Below are positions 1 through 10,187 of a DNA stretch of 10,187 bases, one piece after another. Position 1 is the stretch's first letter. Each line of letters starts with the position of its first letter. The stretch is from the IMG/VR virus record IMGVR_UViG_2667527591_000022. The stretch is one strand, 5' to 3'. The translations under genes and the position numbers were made by a program. The notes under the pieces are model-generated. The model was not told the origin of the DNA. It ran no database searches and worked only from the letters and a program-made list of their open reading frames with translations. This DNA is from a virus. Taxonomy: Monodnaviria; Loebvirae; Hofneiviricota; Faserviricetes; Tubulavirales.

Positions 1-41
1 TGCCCACGCAAGGTCGCCGTGGCTGATCCCCCTCGCGCGGT

Positions 42-1367
<1,326 letters not shown>

Positions 1368-1380
1368 AGTGTCCTCTGTC

Positions 1381-2595
<1,215 letters not shown>

Positions 2596-2608
2596 TTACC
2601 CCGCAAAA

Positions 2609-2968
2609 TTACTTGCCAACATTAAGCCCATTTGATTTAAATAAATCATAAACCAATCGATACACTCTATCCTTATAAAGATATATGTATGAAATAAATT
2701 GAACATGGAGGATGATATTAAAGCAGTACTGAATATTTAAAGGCAGGTAACTGAATGCAACTACAATAACATCGAGTTTATTAACATCGGAGATTTGACG
2801 AATAATAAAATTGACGGCAGATACAAGAGCATAATATGAAGTGTAGCAAAGACCAAGATAAGAAAGGAGCTTAGCCCATGCAACAGCTTTATCACCGATA
2901 ACTCCTGCAATGAAACGTAGTGATTTTAAAACAACATCAACAAAAAAAGCACCTAAAATGGCCCACAT
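2609..2968 (-). CDS. pVI-like minor virion protein (hydrophobic, 119 aa)
   Basis: Size and hydrophobicity match Ff gene VI (112 aa); sits between the pIII-like gene and pI; its ATG overlaps the pIII stop (TGATG); GAGGT Shine-Dalgarno 9 nt upstream. Confidence 0.55.
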   Translation of the reverse strand: MWAILGAFFVDVVLKSLRFIAGVIGDKAVAWAKLLSYLGLCYTSYYALVSAVNFIIRQISDVNKLDVIVVAFSYLPLNIQYCFNIILHVQFISYIYLYKDRVYRLVYDLFKSNGLNVGK

Positions 2969-4323
2969 CAGAGTTTTACCTCACGTTCAAATAATGTACG
3001 GCGAGAAATAACAAAAACGCGTAACATGGTTATCATATAAATAGCATATTCAAGAACAGAACGAACATAATCGTCATAAGCTTTTGCAAAATGGCTTGTA
3101 TCAATCTTGAAATTAATAGCGCCAATCAACGGAAGATCAAAGCTAAATTGTAAAATAAAAGGAAGAGCAGTTCCATTATTTGTATTTACCAGTTTGTCAA
3201 TATTAACTGTAAGCCAATTGTTATTATCATGACTCTCACTTCCCTGTCCTGGCAAGTAATGCGAAAGCTCCCCTAAAGGGAAATCCCCATCAGGCAAAGA
3301 AGAAGCTATATTCTGACTAATATCTTTAATACCATTGTCCAGTGAATTTAATGCATTATTCATATCAGCCTGAGAAACAGAAAAAGCATTATTTAAATCA
3401 TTCACTGACACCCATATTGTTTTTAACCAGCCCAAAATACCATCAAGCCAGCCATTGTCATCGCCGGATGAGCCACCGGATCCTGAACCTGAACTACCGC
3501 TACCGGATGAACCGCCGGAGCCCGAGCCGGAGCCACCGCTACCGGATGAACCACCGGAGCCAGAACCTGAACCACCACTGCCGGATGAGCCGCCGGAACC
3601 CGAGCCGGAGCCACCGCTACCGGATGAACCACCGGAGCCAGAACCTGAACCACCACCGGAACTGCCGCCGCCTGGGTTACCACCACCGGAACTGCCACCA
3701 CCTGAGCTACCGCCATCCTCCTTACCATCGGAGAATGCAGGATCTACAGCAACTGGTTTCCAGTCGGCAGTACAAACTGTATCATCATCGGGATTACAAA
3801 TAAGAGGATTACCGGTTGCCTCATAAATACACCCCTGCACATTAACATAACGGGTCCCGTCATCACCTTTATAAACATCAGAAAAAGTCATACCATCAAG
3901 AACCGGACGAGAAAGACAAATCTCGTCAGTTGGCGGCTTATTATATTCAGGTGTCAAATCCCCCTCACCACCCTGAAAAGCAAGGGTGCAGGCTGTCCAC
4001 TTTTGCTTGTCTGAATCCCAGACTTTATATGCTGACCACCGGGCACGGACAAAAGACCCGACAGTCGAAGGTGCATTAACAGGCGTTGAAAGTGGCACAC
4101 CACAATAATGAATTATTCCGGAACATGCGTCATAACTGCCCGAACCACAGAAAAGATGACCGGCCGCCCTGGCTAATTTAATCGACGTCCCCGCGTCCGA
4201 ATAATCTGTCCTGCAGGATGAATGGCCTGCACACTGAACAAGTGCATCCGGATTTTCTTTCTCTTCAGCGAAAGAAAACGAGGAAAAGAACAAAAACAGA
4301 AGCGGAATAATAAAGTGAATCAA
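2968..4323 (-). CDS. pIII-like adsorption / minor coat protein with Gly-Ser-rich linker
   Basis: Hydrophobic signal peptide, Cys-containing N-terminal domains, long (G/S)n linker, C-terminal hydrophobic anchor. The ORF track begins at a GTG (4332) that overlaps the AGGAG Shine-Dalgarno; a TTG at 4323 has 8-nt spacing and is the more plausible start. Confidence 0.75.
   Translation of the reverse strand: MIHFIIPLLFLFFSSFSFAEEKENPDALVQCAGHSSCRTDYSDAGTSIKLARAAGHLFCGSGSYDACSGIIHYCGVPLSTPVNAPSTVGSFVRARWSAYKVWDSDKQKWTACTLAFQGGEGDLTPEYNKPPTDEICLSRPVLDGMTFSDVYKGDDGTRYVNVQGCIYEATGNPLICNPDDDTVCTADWKPVAVDPAFSDGKEDGGSSGGGSSGGGNPGGGSSGGGSGSGSGGSSGSGGSGSGSGGSSGSGGSGSGSGGSSGSGGSGSGSGGSSGSGSSGSGSGGSSGDDNGWLDGILGWLKTIWVSVNDLNNAFSVSQADMNNALNSLDNGIKDISQNIASSLPDGDFPLGELSHYLPGQGSESHDNNNWLTVNIDKLVNTNNGTALPFILQFSFDLPLIGAINFKIDTSHFAKAYDDYVRSVLEYAIYMITMLRVFVISRRTLFEREVKL
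3495..3665. repeat. 39-bp in-frame tandem repeat (about 4.5 copies) encoding the 13-aa Gly/Ser linker unit of the pIII-like protein
   Basis: ccggatga recurs at 3503, 3542, 3581, 3620 (period 39); the protein shows SGSGGSSGSGGSG-type units repeated. Confidence 0.9.
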
Positions 4324-4344
4324 ACAAAACACTCCTGGTATGAT

Positions 4345-4368
4345 TAAAAAAGCGCCCCGGAGGGCGCT
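4345..4368 (-). terminator. Rho-independent terminator after the major coat gene (analogous to the Ff terminator downstream of gene VIII)
   Basis: Perfect 7-bp GC stem agcgccc/gggcgct (4351-4357 / 4362-4368) with cgga loop; on the minus strand it is followed by a run of six T (complement of 4345-4350), 16 nt after the coat stop. Confidence 0.55.
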
Positions 4369-4383
4369 GTCGTTAAATAACTA

Positions 4384-4644
<261 letters not shown>

Positions 4645-4650
4645 TTAAAA

Positions 4651-4821
4651 TTAATTAACAGCATCACTGAACATCCGGCAGACCAGAGTGAAAATAACAC
4701 CAAGACCAAAGCCAAGAAGCCAGCAGACAATCCAGACATAAAGAACGGACCAGTAAAGCTCCCCGTCCTGTACGCCAGAATTCAGTGCGGATAAAACACC
4801 GCTGAAATCAAATTCAGTCAT
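4651..4821 (-). CDS. Small single-TM protein (pIX/pVII-like minor coat candidate), 56 aa
   Basis: ATG at 4821 overlaps the stop of the preceding small ORF (ATGACTGA); one hydrophobic helix WSVLYVWIVCWLLGFGLGVIFTLV; position between ssDNA-binding candidate and coat as in Ff. Confidence 0.45.
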   Translation of the reverse strand: MTEFDFSGVLSALNSGVQDGELYWSVLYVWIVCWLLGFGLGVIFTLVCRMFSDAVN

Positions 4822-4954
4822 AATAACGCTGAACAGTAATGCTTTGTGAGTCACAGGCGCGAATCAGTTTTATTCCGATGCCAAAACCTGAAGAAAATAA
4901 AATCATTGCAGGCGCAGCAAATAAAACAAAGTTCAGAAAATCAGCGTCAGACAT
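4814..4954 (-). CDS. Small single-TM protein (pVII/pIX-like minor coat candidate), 46 aa
   Basis: Internal ATG at 4954 begins 2 nt after the stop of the upstream gene (the track's 5008 start is TTG); hydrophobic segment FLNFVLFAAPAMILFSSGFGIGI. Confidence 0.4.
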   Translation of the reverse strand: MSDADFLNFVLFAAPAMILFSSGFGIGIKLIRACDSQSITVQRYYD

Positions 4955-4958
4955 ATCA

Positions 4959-5384
4959 TCAGCCTTTTTCTTTACCTGCGGGCAGTGCACCCAGCGGCTG
5001 ACCGTCAAAACGTTTCATGGAGCCGGAAATAAAACGATACCAGACACCATGACGTTCTGAGCCTGTCGCCCATGAGTTAACATCCACCGTGAGATAAACA
5101 GGTTTGCCCTGCAAATCAGGACATGAATTAAAAAATTTAAAATCCTCCTCAGTACAGGAAAAGCGCTCATGCTCCTCACGGCGGACTTTTAATTTTCGGT
5201 CCTCATACGGATAGGCAATAACAATGGCATATTTGGGTTTAGCCTCAGGGTTATAATGAGAACCCGTGGGTTTTAACTCCTCATCATTTATGACAGTGAC
5301 GTGAATAAAATATCCCGCCATTGTCATGCCTGAGGTAAAACCCTCAGGGGAAGGAAACGGAAAACTGTCGTAAATTTGATTCAT
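4959..5384 (-). CDS. Hypothetical protein, candidate ssDNA-binding protein (gene V position), 141 aa
   Basis: ATG at 5384 with GAGGAG Shine-Dalgarno; lies directly downstream of Rep and upstream of the small coat genes. Function assigned by synteny only. Confidence 0.4.
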   Translation of the reverse strand: MNQIYDSFPFPSPEGFTSGMTMAGYFIHVTVINDEELKPTGSHYNPEAKPKYAIVIAYPYEDRKLKVRREEHERFSCTEEDFKFFNSCPDLQGKPVYLTVDVNSWATGSERHGVWYRFISGSMKRFDGQPLGALPAGKEKG

Positions 5385-5414
5385 AAATCAGACTCCTCAA
5401 TGTTAAAAATTCAG

Positions 5415-7562
<2,148 letters not shown>

Positions 7563-7751
7563 ATGAGCAGGAAAAGTATTGGTATAAGCAACGAGAGATA
7601 TCTGAGAATAGAAAGAGCAGCCGTAGATATCACAGCCAAAACAGGAAAAGTCACAAAATGGTCGGAGATCGTGAATTATCTGATAGATGAATATTTAAAC
7701 GATGCAAAACAAGATATGATTTCGAAAAATGAAATTACACAAAAAAAATAG
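7563..7751 (+). CDS. Small DNA-binding regulator, probable ribbon-helix-helix (CopG/Arc/MetJ-like), 62 aa
   Basis: ATG with AGGAG 8 nt upstream; N-terminal beta-strand-like KSIGIS, then the RHH-typical segment GKVTKWSEIVNYLIDEYL; divergent from Rep, as for inovirus repressors. Confidence 0.55.
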   Translation: MSRKSIGISNERYLRIERAAVDITAKTGKVTKWSEIVNYLIDEYLNDAKQDMISKNEITQKK

Positions 7752-8002
7752 TAATCACAAAACGATTTGGCGATTGCTAGAAGAGCAAAAAGTACCACCC
7801 GTGGTACAAAAGTGCAGTATTACATGATTGCTAAAAAGCAATATGCAGACAACCAGTGACTTAATTCTTGACCTGCTGATAAAGCATTTTGTTGTTGGCA
7901 GCATCACAGGCATGACAATATTCAGCCTGATAACGCTTGTCCTACCGTTGGTGATGACCATACACAACAAACTAAGTAAGGACACTGAAATCCTTTAAGG
8001 TT

Positions 8003-8098
8003 CAGTGCGCACAATGACGTTATGTATAAAAAGGCCGCTGCGGTGGAGAGTATCGCAGCGGCCTTTTCAACATAACGCGTGTCACATTATGCGCACTG
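8003..8098. other. Imperfect 96-bp inverted repeat whose arms resemble the XerC and XerD half-sites of dif; candidate folded attP(+) site
   Basis: Left arm aGTGCGCAcAA-tgacg-TTATGTataaa (8004-8030) against dif GGTGCGCATAA-TGTATA-TTATGTTAAAT; right arm in inverse orientation ttcAACATAA-cgcgtgtcaca-TTATGCGCACt (8065-8097). 8003-8016 pairs with 8085-8098 (13/14) and ttatgt (8020-8025) with acataa (8070-8075), leaving a bulge in the central region. Confidence 0.5.
8029..8067. terminator. Bidirectional rho-independent terminator
   Basis: Perfect 14-bp stem aaaaggccgctgcg / cgcagcggcctttt with 11-nt loop; A-run upstream and T-run downstream, so it reads as stem plus U-tract on both strands; downstream of the secretin on the minus strand and of the regulator on the plus strand. 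Confidence 0.55.
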
Positions 8099-8150
8099 AC
8101 GTTGTGGTAGGTAAACTGAGATGCCGCGTCCTGATAATCCCGGTCGGCAC

Positions 8151-9368
<1,218 letters not shown>

Positions 9369-9397
9369 TTAAGTGCTGTTTTTCAGTCATGAAGATA

Positions 9398-10077
<680 letters not shown>

Positions 10078-10187
10078 ACTTCGATCCTCCTCTTTCCAGC
10101 CTTGTTGCAACTAAATAGTATGGCTGTGTTTTGAGCAAAATGCGGTCCAGGATCAATTCTTCACGCCGAATTAACAAAATTTACATT

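Noticed and set aside
1-41. Target-site duplication between left flank (1-41) and right flank (10001 onward)
   Set aside because: No convincing direct repeat between the two flank edges (gcgcggtc versus gcgaggtc only); not supportable.
3342-3826. ORFs 3342..3803 (+), 3455..3826 (+, Pro/Glu-rich) and 3423..3728 (-, alternate frame)
   Set aside because: Alternate-frame and opposite-strand readings of the Gly/Ser-encoding 39-bp repeats inside the pIII-like gene; low-complexity artefacts.
7755-7985. Minus-strand ORF 7755..7985 (76 aa)
   Set aside because: GTG start without ribosome-binding site, Cys-rich odd composition, would be transcribed toward the regulator; the opposite-strand 51-codon ORF is at least as plausible and both are weak.

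Overview
The window is dominated by one complete Ff-like filamentous phage (inovirus) genome, about 8 kb at 1381-9359, with all structural, assembly and replication genes on the minus strand in canonical Ff order: Rep, ssDNA-binding candidate, two small membrane proteins, major coat, pIII-like adsorption protein, pVI-like, pI/Zot-like ATPase. The pIV-like secretin lies on the far side of an intergenic region that holds a divergently transcribed small RHH-type regulator, a bidirectional terminator and a CTXphi-style dif-like inverted repeat (candidate XerCD attP). The phage block is bracketed on both sides by direct tandem arrays of a GC-rich 339-bp repeat (about 3.9 copies at 42-1367, about 1.8 copies at 9398-10000). 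The two phage-proximal junctions fall at the edges of the same 57-bp segment of the repeat, which resembles the primosome-assembly region beside the ColE1/pMB1 origin. The intact internal attP-like site together with junctions inside a repeat array is the most unusual aspect and implies an integration or amplification route other than simple XerCD/dif insertion. All calls are from reading the sequence and ORF track; no database searches were run.
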